DNA from: Octopus bimaculoides
Taxonomy: Eukaryota
Assembly: GCF_001194135.2 (NCBI RefSeq)
Contig: NC_068981.1
Coordinates: 7,998,581-8,062,580, forward strand
DNA: 64,000 bases
Direction of reading: 5' to 3'
Part shown: piece after piece, positions 44,721-56,841 of the stretch
Numbering within the stretch: position 1 is the first letter of the stretch
Layout: each line of letters starts with the position of its first letter
Program-made: the position numbers and the translations under genes
The notes under the pieces: generated by a model
Seen by the model: the letters and a program-made list of their open reading frames with translations, nothing else
Databases searched by the model: none
Told to the model about the DNA's origin: nothing

Positions 44721-45519
44721 GAAGGTGTACAATATCTATATACGCTTGTGTGTGAAAGTATGCATGTGTGTGCATGTGTGTGTGTGTGTGCGCGCGCACG
44801 TTTGTTTGTATTCAGAGAGAAAGGTAGAGAAAGAGCGAGAGTGAAGCAGAGAATGTCGGACCACAATCTATGGATGACAACAATAACAGACTTTATTTTG
44901 TACAAAATGGATTGTTCAATGGCGATAGCTGTGCCTTGGGTAATCCAAGTTATGTAATGTTTTGTGAGTACACTGGAGATGTGGTTGGCCGCTGAGTCAT
45001 CATAATAAATGAGAGAAAAACAATCCAACTTCAATGATTTTCTTGTGCACAAGAAACAGTGAAACCTGTTAAATCCCACACAATATGGAACTCCATATAT
45101 ATTTCTCACTTAACCAAGATTCTTGTTTATTAATTTCTTTTCTTTGTTTTCTTTTCTACTTTGATATTTGTGTTTCTGGTAAATTCTTTGAAAAAGTAAC
45201 AACGGAAGCAACAGGAATCCTCCTTTGACAAGAAAAAAATGAAAGCTGTTATGCTGGAAGTTGTTATAAAAATTTGTTGAGTTAATGTCATTTCTTGCTT
45301 TCTTCCGTCAGTACCTTGTTCCCTATTATTTCCTCTCTTCCTCTTCTTTCTTTACTTCCACCTCTTCCTCTGCCCCTCCTTCTCATATTACTACTTCACT
45401 ACCACCCTCTGCCTACCTACTCCTCTTCCTCTTCTATACTTCCGGCTGCCTTTACCAAGCCTTCACTTTACTTCGAACTTTAATTTTGCCTGCTCGCTAC
45501 ACCTCTCTCTCCTCCATCT

Positions 45520-45569
<50 letters not shown>

Positions 45570-45710
45570 GGCAAAGGTGGTCGAATCGCAGAGTCGTTAG
45601 CGCGACGGTTAAGATGTGTTGTGACATTTCTTCCGGCTCCACGTCCCGAGATCAATTACCGCCCAGGTCAACTTTTGGCATTCATTTTTCTAGGTCGAAG
45701 AAGAATCAGG
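45570..45710 (+). mobile_element. SINE family B, highly diverged
   Basis: TCGCAGAGTCGTTAGCGCG...ACATTTCTTCCGGCTC.ACGT...CCGCCCAGGTCAACTTT...TTCAT. Confidence 0.55.
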
Positions 45711-45984
45711 CAAATACTAATGCATTCTTCTTTCCCTCCAGCAACTGCGTCATCTTTTTATCTTTTTTCCACCGAATCAAGAATGGGAAGACCGAGAGCG
45801 TCTTGAATTTAGGAAGCAAGTGGAAGAAAGAGAGAATGGCCGTTGGTCACGTGTGAGCAATGAGAGAGTCAAGGAGGAAGAGTGAGAAAGAGAGAGAGAA
45901 AGAGAAGGAACGGGTAAGGGGAGAGGAGAAGAATTGGGAAAGGGTGGGAGAGAAAAACAGAAAGGAAGAAGATTTAACGAAGTC

Positions 45985-46160
45985 GCGTCTTGTCCTTACC
46001 TTCGAAACGCGGAGTAGATAAAACAGGGAACAACTGATGAAGGGAATGTTCTTTATGTTGCATGTTTGTTTTTTCCATTGTTCGAAAAAACGTTCGTTTC
46101 CCATGTGTTTGTCTTTTATGTCCACGTTTTTTTTTTGTCCTGTACCCATATATGCATGTA
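45985..46160 (+). mobile_element. Penelope-like terminal repeat (family P)
   Basis: Homologue of 22238-22440 (-); CGAAACGCGGAGTAGATA...CAACTGATGAAGGG...TCCTGTACCCATATATGCAT. Confidence 0.5.
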
Positions 46161-46944
46161 TATATCAATATATATGTAGGTATTTACATATATGTATGTA
46201 TATATGCATATATTTATATATTATTTATATTATTATCTGATCGAACGCCACGCATCCTTAAGAACGCAAAACATCCAGACAGTTAGGTGATACAAAAAAG
46301 GACAACAAAACACCCAGATATATATATATATATATATATATATGCATATTATATATGTGTTTGTGTGAATGCTTGTGTGTGTAGAAAAGGAGGGAGAGCG
46401 AAAGCTTTACACAGGTACGTAAATGTGTATACACGAATATACGAAACGCGAAATATAATTTTCTCTCAAATTCTCAGACTTCTTGAAATAGCCACGAATC
46501 CATGACAGGACAATATGTAGACAGCGGTTCAATAGTGAGAATATTAATTGAACCAATCACAGCTAACTGCTTGCTGACATTATACCCGGCAGGGGATTGT
46601 GTGGAGTTCCGTCGGCGAGCTGCCTGTAGCTGCTATGAACCCGAAAAAATGGCTGTCAAAAGGCTTCTGCTTTTTTTTTTCTTTCTTTTTTTTTTAGCAC
46701 AGCTTTAATCAAGCATGGTCAGATAGCGTCGACGTGACCTGAAGACAGAGAATGAATGATATTTAGCATACAGGGGTAGGAAAAAAGGATTGAAGTGAAA
46801 TGAGGAGATAAAAGGCAATAGGGATGTTTGGGAGGAAGCGGAAGTAGAGGATAGAGAAAGGAGAAGACGTGGGGAAAGAGAAAGAGGAAAATGAGAGAAA
46901 TAGACATGAAAATGGAAAGTGAAAGGAGGAAGAAGGAAGAAAAG

Positions 46945-47197
<253 letters not shown>

Positions 47198-47682
47198 AAG
47201 GCAAACAGGAGCAGCAACATGATGATGAAGTTTCAAGTGGAAGTGTTGATATTGGTCAGTTCCCTGAGGAGAGAGAATCGAAAGAAGAGCTTAAAATCTA
47301 CTTAGAACAGTGCTGGGGGTATTCGATGGGGGAGGGATGCTGATGGAGGAAGAATGGTGGTAGTGGGCGCAGTAGGGGTAGTGGCAGTGATGTGCTGTTA
47401 ATATGAGGGAACAGTGGGAGGGGAAAATGTGGCTGATTAGGGCTGCAGAAATCAAAGGTTCGAACAATCGATTATGTCCGTTAAATCTTTTACAATCACT
47501 GGTAAACTACTGCTGAGATTTCTTTAAAATGCTCTACACTCATTTTCTTATATACATACATAAACGGACGCACGCACTCACGCACGCACACATGCACATA
47601 TATATGGTTGAAAATTGTGCAAAAACATATATACGTATACATATACATACATATGTGTGTGTAATATATATGTATATGTGTG

Positions 47683-47736
<54 letters not shown>

Positions 47737-48519
47737 NNNNNNNNNNNNNNNNNNNNNNNNNNNNNNNNNNNNNNNNNNNNNNNNNNNNNNNNNNNNNNNN
47801 NNNNNNNNNNNNNNNNNNNNNNNNNNNNNNNNNNNNNNNNNNNNNNNNNNNNNNNNNNNNNNNNNNNNNNNNNNNNNNNNNNNNNNNNNNNNNNNNNNNN
47901 NNNNNNNNNNNNNNNNNNNNNNNNNNNNNNNNNNNNNNNNNNNNNNNNNNNNNNNNNNNNNNNNNNNNNNNNNNNNNNNNNNNNNNNNNNNNNNNNNNNN
48001 NNNNNNNNNNNNNNNNNNNNNNNNNNNNNNNNNNNNNNNNNNNNNNNNNNNNNNNNNNNNNNNNNNNNNNNNNNNNNNNNNNNNNNNNNNNNNNNNNNNN
48101 NNNNNNNNNNNNNNNNNNNNNNNNNNNNNNNNNNNNNNNNNNNNNNNNNNNNNNNNNNNNNNNNNNNNNNNNNNNNNNNNNNNNNNNNNNNNNNNNNNNN
48201 NNNNNNNNNNNNNNNNNNNNNNNNNNNNNNNNNNNNNNNNNNNNNNNNNNNNNNNNNNNNNNNNNNNNNNNNNNNNNNNNNNNNNNNNNNNNNNNNNNNN
48301 NNNNNNNNNNNNNNNNNNNNNNNNNNNNNNNNNNNNNNNNNNNNNNNNNNNNNNNNNNNNNNNNNNNNNNNNNNNNNNNNNNNNNNNNNNNNNNNNNNNN
48401 NNNNNNNNNNNNNNNNNNNNNNNNNNNNNNNNNNNNNNNNNNNNNNNNNNNNNNNNNNNNNNNNNNNNNNNNNNNNNNNNNNNNNATATATATAGTTGGA
48501 ATTTGCAAAAAGACAAAAG

Positions 48520-48690
48520 ATGAAAACAGGTGTATAAACAACAAACAGGTGTATTAGTTTGACGCTCGGGAAGGTGAGAATGTCTTTTACGTTTCGAGCC
48601 TACGCTCTTGAACAGAAAGAAAGACGAGAAAATAAACAGAGAGAATAAAAAATAAAGTTTTAGTGGCTAGTGGTCAATCATGGTGATATA
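48520..48690 (-). mobile_element. Penelope-like terminal repeat with a hammerhead-like motif at 48583-48620
   Basis: Minus strand UCUUU-CUGUUCA-A-GAGC-GUAG-GCUC-GAAAC-GUA-AAAGA: 5-bp stem I, 4-bp stem II, ACGU palindromic stem III, GUA triplet; two core deviations. Confidence 0.55.
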
Positions 48691-49789
48691 TATATGCTGT
48701 ATCTTCTGTGTACAAATAAATTTACGACTGCAACTGTTATGCGTTGAGCTCAACGTAGATTATCATCGTCCAGTCTGCTTCCAGTATAGCAGTCAAAGAA
48801 CTACTATACTGAGTGGTGTTATTAATTATGATATTCTGAGCAAATTTAGGAGATATTGTGATAAACGCAGCTCCGTATGGTTCGTTCCTACTTACGTTTT
48901 CCATGTAACTTTGGAAAATCTACATTGGAGGCTTAACCACAACAGAGTTCGAGAGAACGCTTTATTACGTTATATTACAGAGAATTAATGTGAATAGTTG
49001 GGAAGGTGGTGAGGCACTGTACATATATTTTTAGTGGGTAGTAGGAAGAGGCCAATTGGCAGTGAAAAGTGAGGCGGGGTTAAGAACCAGGAGAAAAGGA
49101 GGGAGAGAAAAGAGAAGAAAAAAACAAAATAGAAAATAAAGAGAGAGAGAAAGGGAGAAAAAGGAGGAGAAAAGAAGAGAGAGAAATAGGGAAGGAGGTA
49201 AAGAAAGAAAGAAGGAAAGGAAAACTAAGTTAGTCAACCATAAAAGGGATAAATAAATAAAAATAATTATAAAAAACATATATGTATATACATATGTATG
49301 TGCATATGCATACATAAACATATATGCATGCGTATGTATGAATATATATATANNNNNNNNNNNNNNNNNNNNNNNNNNNNNNNNNNNNNNNNNNNNNNNN
49401 NNNNNNNNNNNNNNNNNNNNNNNNNNNNNNNNNNNNNNNNNNNNNNNNNNNNNNNNNNNNNNNNNNNNNNNNNNNNNNNNNNNNNNNNNNNNNNNNNNNN
49501 NNNNNNNNNNNNNNNNNNNNNNNNNNNNNNNNNNNNNNNNNNNNNNNNNNNNNNNNNNNNNNNNNNNNNNNNNNNNNNNNNNNNNNNNNNNNNNNNNNNN
49601 NNNNNNNNNNNNNNNNNNNNNNNNNNNNNNNNNNNNNNNNNNNNNNNNNNNNNNNNNNNNNNNNNNNNNNNNNNNNNNNNNNNNNNNNNNNNNNNNNNNN
49701 NNNNNNNNNNNNNNNNNNNNNNNNNNNNNNNNNNNNNNNNNNNNNNNNNNNNNNNNNNNNNNNNNNNNNNNNNNNGATAACAGTGTAGC

Positions 49790-49843
49790 AACACGGCGGT
49801 GCATCAGCATGGCCGCAGCTCTAAGGTGAAACTATAATAAAAA

Positions 49844-49848
<5 letters not shown>
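49790..49848 (+). mobile_element. SINE family A, 3' tail
   Basis: GGCGGTGCATCAGCATGGCCGCAG...TGAAACTATAATAAAAAATAAA. Confidence 0.6.
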
Positions 49849-49876
<28 letters not shown>

Positions 49877-49898
49877 CGCACACATATATATACATGTG

Positions 49899-49950
<52 letters not shown>

Positions 49951-50589
49951 ACATACATGCGCATATATATGTTTCATTAGATAGACAAACAGCCGGGCAG
50001 GCGGCTGTATGTATATATATTTTTTTCAAATATGAAAACGATGATATGAAAGACAAATAAATACGTACTTTTCCTGATGTTTCTGTCAACCGTGTTTTGC
50101 CTTCTTTGAGATTAACTAAAATATTTGTTAAATGTTTTTGTTTTTTTTTCTCTTTTCATTCATTTAACTTTTTTTATTCTCAGAATTTAAATTATTAATA
50201 TTTTCCACAGGAATTATTAATCTGTGAAATGAAGAATATTTCCATAGTTTTTGTCATTTATTTTCGGTATATATTGGAAACAATTCGTTTTATAATTTTA
50301 GATTCCCATTAGTGAAAGAAATTAAAGAAATATTCCAAGAAAATAACAGGATTATGTTTTATCTATGACAAAATATATATCAGTAATATATATATATGGG
50401 AGGGTATATATAAGAAAATATATGCAGGGAGTATGTATGTGCGTCAGAGTCTGTGATTATATGTAGATGTAAAAAAATACCCAGAAGATGAAATATGAGC
50501 GGAAGATAAAAATATTAATAGAAAGGATTGACAATATTTAGAAAGAAACAATGCACAGTTACAGAAAATGAAACGAAATCGCTGCGATA

Positions 50590-50639
50590 CACAGGCAGAC
50601 AGACAGACAGATAGATAGATGAAAGGATAGATAGAGAGA

Positions 50640-50719
<80 letters not shown>

Positions 50720-50833
50720 GCAGGCAGGCAGGCAGGCAGAGACAGACATAGATAGAATGAAAGACAGACAGACAGACAGACAGGCAGACAGGCAGACAGA
50801 CATATAGATAGATGAAGGGATAGATATATATAT

Positions 50834-50882
<49 letters not shown>

Positions 50883-50898
50883 CAGATGTAGATAGATG

Positions 50899-50960
<62 letters not shown>

Positions 50961-50976
50961 CAGATGTAGATAGATA
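50590..50976. repeat. (GACA)/(GGCA)/(GA)/(GATA)n microsatellite field
   Basis: Directly visible. Confidence 0.96.
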
Positions 50977-51754
50977 CATTTCTTTTATTAGCCACACAGG
51001 GCTCAACGAAGATGGGACAAATACAATGTAGAGCTTTTCNNNNNNNNNNNNNNNNNNNNNNNNNNNNNNNNNNNNNNNNNNNNNNNNNNNNNNNNNNNNN
51101 NNNNNNNNNNNNNNNNNNNNNNNNNNNNNNNNNNNNNNNNNNNNNNNNNNNNNNNNNNNNNNNNNNNNNNNNNNNNNNNNNNNNNNNNNNNNNNNNNNNN
51201 NNNNNNNNNNNNNNNNNNNNNNNNNNNNNNNNNNNNNNNNNNNNNNNNNNNNNNNNNNNNNNNNNNNNNNNNNNNNNNNNNNNNNNNNNNNNNNNNNNNN
51301 NNNNNNNNNNNNNNNNNNNNNNNNNNNNNNNNNNNNNNNNNNNNNNNNNNNNNNNNNNNNNNNNNNNNNNNNNNNNNNNNNNNNNNNNNNNNNNNNNNNN
51401 NNNNNNNNNNNNNNNNNNNNNNNNNNNNNNNNNNNNNNNNNNNNNNNNNNNNNNNNNNNNNNNNNNNNNNNNNNNNNNNNNNNNNNNNNNNNNNNNNNNN
51501 NNNNNNNNNNNNNNNNNNNNNNNNNNNNNNNNNNNNNNNNNNNNNNNNNNNNNNNNNNNNNNNNNNNNNNNNNNNNNNNNNNNNNNNNNNNNNNNNNNNN
51601 NNNNNNNNNNNNNNNNNNNGATAGACCGACTCGTCCCACACGCGATAGCAGTTGTTCGACGTAAGCCCACAGCTCGGAAATGGTGGGACACTGTACGAGT
51701 GCGTGCAGAACGGTTTCGTCGCTCTGCCGGCATCTCGGGCAGGTCGGCCCCGTG
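50977..51754 (-). mobile_element. L1/Tx1-type LINE, 5'-truncated 3' fragment, inserted in (GATA)n; middle is an assembly gap (51040-51618)
   Basis: GPTCPRCRQSDETVLHALVQCPTISELWAYVEQLLSRVGRV is a zf-RVT-type CCHC knuckle. The far side of the gap ends ...CCCTGTGTGGCTAATAAAAGAAATG (polyA signal). Both flanks are (TATC)n. Assuming both sides belong to one element is an inference. Confidence 0.75.
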
Positions 51755-51816
<62 letters not shown>

Positions 51817-51970
51817 CCTATTCTTCATTTAGTTATACATCTATCTACGTAGAAACGTATAAAATTAATTCTGTGTAACTATCTGCTTGTATAAATGCAT
51901 GTGTGTGTTGTATACGAAAAAGAGAAAGAGAAAGGAAGAGAATGAGAGGGAAAGAGAGAGACAGAGAGAA

Positions 51971-52005
<35 letters not shown>

Positions 52006-52980
52006 GATGGAGATAATGTTCGTGCAGGGGAAGATGGAATCATGTTAGATAACGTTTAATGGTTAAAGTGTGAAATAATGAAAAGCTGTTGCAAGCCAGT
52101 TTGTGAAACTTAGAATATATGTGTGCTATTGTGTATGTGTGTATGTGTGTGTGTGTGTGTGTGTTTGGTGGTGGGGGTTTGTGTCTGTGTGTGTGAGTGT
52201 GCTTCTTTTGTGTGTGTGTTTCTGTGTGTTTTTGTCGTAATAAATATGTCATATTCCGACATTTTATATTTATCGACATGTTAACGGAGATGTCTTGTGC
52301 AAGATACATGACTAACTATTTAAACGCATCGCTGTATCACAAAATGAGAAGGAAAACAGACACACCCTGCTTCTCTTATCTCATAATGCAACCTTCCAGC
52401 CCCAATATTTTGTTGCTTTTATGCTTTACATTTTGTCTTCATAGACCCTCTCCTCCCTAGAAGCGGTGTACCACCATTCTATCATTCCATATGATCCCGG
52501 CAGCCTAGAGTATAAGCGATGACTCACACATCTAAATTTCGTCCCGACAATCAACAGCGGGCTTTTACTAGTCGTTATTGCGGATCTCTTTACAAATACG
52601 ATAGAATATGATTTAGACATGTTATGAAATATTCTAAACGAAATCAATGGCCATTCGGTTTATTATATAAATTGACTCCAGATGAATTAAGAACTCCATA
52701 AATATTAAAGTCAATAAATAAATGTTAACGTGTTTGGCTGTTTTATGTCGGGTACTTCATTTAAAGTACATGATTTTACTTCACCCAGTGTTGAGGTGAA
52801 CATTGTATCAAGATTAGCTCTGACAATAAATTACTTTCTTCATTACATGATACAATAAAATACATACACGCACACATGCACACACGTGTGTGTGTATGCA
52901 TATATATATACGTGTGTGTGTGTGTGTGTGCGTGTGTGTGTGTGTGTATAATGTGTGTATATATATATATATATACACAC

Positions 52981-53113
52981 ACATAATTAAGGGATCAGCA
53001 AATATTTGCTTCACCACATACCGAAGTTCAGAAATAGCAGCTAAAAAAGCTGAGACTCCAACAGATAGCATTACTTGTGGTGAAGCAAATATTTGCTGAT
53101 CCCTTAATTATGT
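52981..53113. repeat. Perfect 38-bp inverted repeat with 57-nt spacer
   Basis: ACATAATTAAGGGATCAGCAAATATTTGCTTCACCACA (52981-53018) and its exact reverse complement (53076-53113). Confidence 0.95.
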
Positions 53114-53363
53114 TTATAAATGTATATGANNNNNNNNNNNNNNNNNNNNNNNNNNNNNNNNNNNNNNNNNNNNNNNNNNNNNNNNNNNNNNNNNNNNNNN
53201 NNNNNNNNNNNNNNNNNNNNNNNNNNNNNNNNNNNNNNNNNNNNNNNNNNNNNNNNNNNNNNNNNNNNNNNNNNNNNNNNNNNNNNNNNNNNNNNNNNNN
53301 NNNNNNNNNNNNNNNNNNNNNNNNNNNNNNNNNNNNNNNNNNNNNNNNNNNNNNNNNNNNNNN

Positions 53364-53545
53364 GGAAAATGCCCCTTGTATTTGAATACTATGCAAATAT
53401 TCCTTTAAAAAAACTTTTCATTTAATTTTTCCAAAATTTAGTTGTTTTCCATACTTACAATTGAAAAAGTCTCAATGACCGAAACCGGTACTGAAATGTT
53501 TTTTATGATAAAATTATTTTAGCATTTTCTACCTTGACTTTTTTT

Positions 53546-53550
<5 letters not shown>
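53364..53550 (+). mobile_element. Probable Penelope-like 3' terminal repeat with a decayed hammerhead motif at 53461-53490
   Basis: UUGAAAA-A-GUC-UCAAU-GACC-GAAA-CCGGUA: stem II relic, palindromic stem III ACCGGU, GUA triplet; the first core strand is mutated. Confidence 0.4.
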
Positions 53551-53582
<32 letters not shown>

Positions 53583-54099
53583 CTGTATGTGTATATGTGT
53601 GTATGTGCGCACGTGTGTGTACGTATGTGTATCATTTAATATAAACAGAATTTAAATATGAGCTATTAATAGTTTCATGCCGTAGAGACACAATAATTGA
53701 TATATTCGTATAACATGTCGTGTGTCTCCAAGCGATCTTTCAGCTTCAGTGGATACCGTTAGTCCTGTATGAAAAGCAGGACGCTGTTCTATGAGAAAAC
53801 ATGAAGAAGAAGAAAAAGAAGACGAAAAGTAAGTTGATGCACTAAGTGGAAGAAGAAGAAGATAAATAAGCTGAACAAGATCTGCGCCCCCATTGTCTGT
53901 AGATATCCTAACTAATCTCGCTAGTGTCAATGAATATAAGAGAGGGGAGGCCAAAGTCTGAGGCAACTCTTCGATCCGTAGAGAATGGTGTTCTCCAGTT
54001 GGACAAAAGAAATTTGCCTCGAGTTGTTCATTTTACAATGTATATTGAATGATATTTATCTCTCACTGGACAGCGGAACGGTACACCCTATGTACATAT

Positions 54100-54134
54100 A
54101 TTATTATTGTTATTATTATTATTATTATTATTAT

Positions 54135-54194
<60 letters not shown>
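54100..54194. repeat. (TAT)n then (TAG)n microsatellite
   Basis: Directly visible. Confidence 0.96.
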
Positions 54195-54195
<1 letters not shown>

Positions 54196-54261
54196 CATCT
54201 CTAATCATAAGTATGACCGATAGAGACTGATTTAGTCAAAATAACAACAATGATTATTTCT

Positions 54262-54325
54262 TCGAACGGGGAAGGGTGAAAGGTAAAGTCGACGTGGACA
54301 GCATTTGAACTCAGAACGTGAAAAA
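54262..54325 (-). mobile_element. SINE family B fragment
   Basis: GAAAGGTAAAGTCGAC...ATTTGAACTCAGAACGT. Confidence 0.65.
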
Positions 54326-54397
54326 TGTGTAGATTAAGGAAACAGCTTATAAGGATACTCTACGACTGAGCCACCACCCTAAGAAGTGTAAGAGGTT

Positions 54398-54612
54398 GGT
54401 TTCAAATTTTGGCACAAGGCTAGCAATTTCGAAGGGAGGGGCTAAGTCTATGACATCGATCCCAGTACTCAACTGGTATTTATTTTATCGACTCTGAAAG
54501 GATGAAAGGCAAAGTCGACCTGGGCGGAATTTGAACTCAGAAACATAAAAACGGACGAAATGGCGCTAAACATTTTGCCCGGCGTGCTAACGATTCTCTC
54601 ATCTCGCTGCCT
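54398..54612 (-). mobile_element. SINE family B, full length
   Basis: GGTTTCAAATTTTGGCACAAGGC...GGATGAAAGGCAAAGTCGACCTGGGCGGAATTTGAACTCAGAA...GGCGTGCTAACGATTCT. Confidence 0.9.
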
Positions 54613-55177
54613 CATAAGATGTAAGATGTCATTTCTAACATAGTTATCTCTGTAGAAAATACACGCTGTAATCTCGAAATTACATTAATAACGGTGATGT
54701 TACTAGCTGTGTATAAAGTTTCATTATTAATGTTCAACTGTGAGCAACCGTAATGTTTATAGAACTAAATACTAAATAGCTAAACACATTTGTAGATAAT
54801 GGTTTGACAACAAGAGACAATTCTGTTTCACACGTCTTTGAAATATTAAATATCGTCATTAGAAACCAAAATACATCTCTACTTTCAGAACAAACAAATG
54901 AGGAGCAGGATGTTTCGTAAATCGATTAGGAATAAATACTTATAGATAAATTATTATTGATTTTGGAAGAAGTCTCTGACAATTACAGTATTTCACAAAC
55001 GTATCATCATCTTATGGGAATTCAATTTCTCGTGAAAACATCAGCACTAACTAAATAAAAAAGCAGTATGTCACTTAACACTCGATTACAATTACCATAT
55101 TCATAATATATAAAACAATTATATGTATTACATAAACAGGTGCGTATGTATGTATGTTGTGTGTGTGTATGTATGTA

Positions 55178-55223
<46 letters not shown>

Positions 55224-55865
55224 TGCATGCTTGTATGTATGTATGTCCCACAATTGTTATACTGAATAAACCTGTTGCATTCACTGCAAAATAAACCTTT
55301 TAAAGATGGTGTACTTTCAAATTTTCCTTCGATCATTTGCTGAGAAGGAAATATTTATTACGAAAACTACTAAAACTCGATTAGCTTTTTGCGCAATATC
55401 TGATTAATTGGCAGCCATTTTTCTTTTAAATTTGTTTTCGTGTGATTTCACAAAGTAAGACAAATCTTCCTCCATGTGAGATTTGTCACTTACAAATTTG
55501 AAATTTATCCTAATGGAATATAATAAGACTTCCATATATGGTGCTGCTCCTCTCCATCCCCGGTATTTATTTCTACATAGAGTAGAAAATGCTTTTAACC
55601 TGAATGGCAATTTCTCGGTGACTAGAATATTTTTTTTTCCTCACCCAGCTTCTCTCGCTTTCTTTCTCTCCCATCTTTCTTCAGATGTTATTGAAAATGT
55701 TTGCCTTGGCAACTGCTTCAATCTGTAATTACTTTCTTTGCTACATTTTAAGTCATACATTTAAAAAGAAAATAGAAAAGTCTCCAAAATTAACTCACTA
55801 TATTATATGGCACGATGAGATCACCCACAGGGGACAGTGGGTTCTTAAAATGCAATGAGTTTTGT

Positions 55866-55879
55866 TATTATAATAATAA

Positions 55880-55934
<55 letters not shown>

Positions 55935-55942
55935 CATTATTA

Positions 55943-55985
<43 letters not shown>
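55866..55985. repeat. (ATT)n microsatellite
   Basis: Directly visible. Confidence 0.97.
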
Positions 55986-55986
<1 letters not shown>

Positions 55987-56129
55987 GTAGTGTTTTTTTC
56001 TCCTGCTCTTCCGCAGTTGTATATTTCATTAGCATGAAATACTTAAATTTTCTAAAAGACATCTTTTGCAGGATATTTCTCGTTTAAAGATGGGAATAGT
56101 CTTACATTCTTTTATTCTTTAATATGCTT

Positions 56130-56445
56130 CAGTAGTTAGATGGCCATGCTGGGGAATTGCCTTGAAAGGTGTAGTCGATGAGATACTCTTTAGTTTTCTT
56201 TTTTGCCGAACCTCTAAAGAACGAGAGACGTAAACAAACTAACATCGGTTGTGAAGCGATGATAGGTAAATCCAAGCACAGAGAAACAGACACTGACAAA
56301 GACAAGCACACGTACGCACACCCACACATTTATGCATATGAGGGGCTTCTGCACAGTTTCTGTCACCAAATTCATTCCCACGGCATTGGAAAACACTTTC
56401 TTAAGATGCCATGCTGTGGGACTGAACTTGAGACTCCATATATGT
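56130..56445 (-). mobile_element. SINE family A, diverged
   Basis: GGCCATGCTGGGG...TTGCCGAACC.CTAA...GACGTAAACAAACTAACATCGGTTGT.AAGCGATG...GGGACTGAAC. Confidence 0.65.
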
Positions 56446-56841
56446 GCTTTACAATACATGCAACAATATCGAGTGTATCTCATAACATCTATAGTGGTGT
56501 GTTACCTTCACCGTTAAAATCCCTTAACCTTAATCCCCTCCATCATCCTCCCACCACAACCTCCAGCCACCACATCCCACCCTTAAGTGCAAAACCATGC
56601 AGCACTTCTGTTGCACATAATCTAATGCATGATATCAGTTCTTCTCAATTGTACTTGAAAATCTCGAATTCTTTCCTGTGGATGGAGTTGAATTGCACAA
56701 AGATATTCTACTTCTAATATGCTTGAGTGCTACAGGAAAATCCTGAACTGCAGCCGGTAATCATTTTAAAAGACAAACCAGTGAATGAGTGAGTGGAACC
56801 AACCGATCACATTAATCCTCAGTCATTCCAAACAATGTGTC

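Noticed and set aside
53744-53828. Exon bounded by TTTCAG and AA|GTAAGT
   Set aside because: Stops in all three frames; could only be non-coding.
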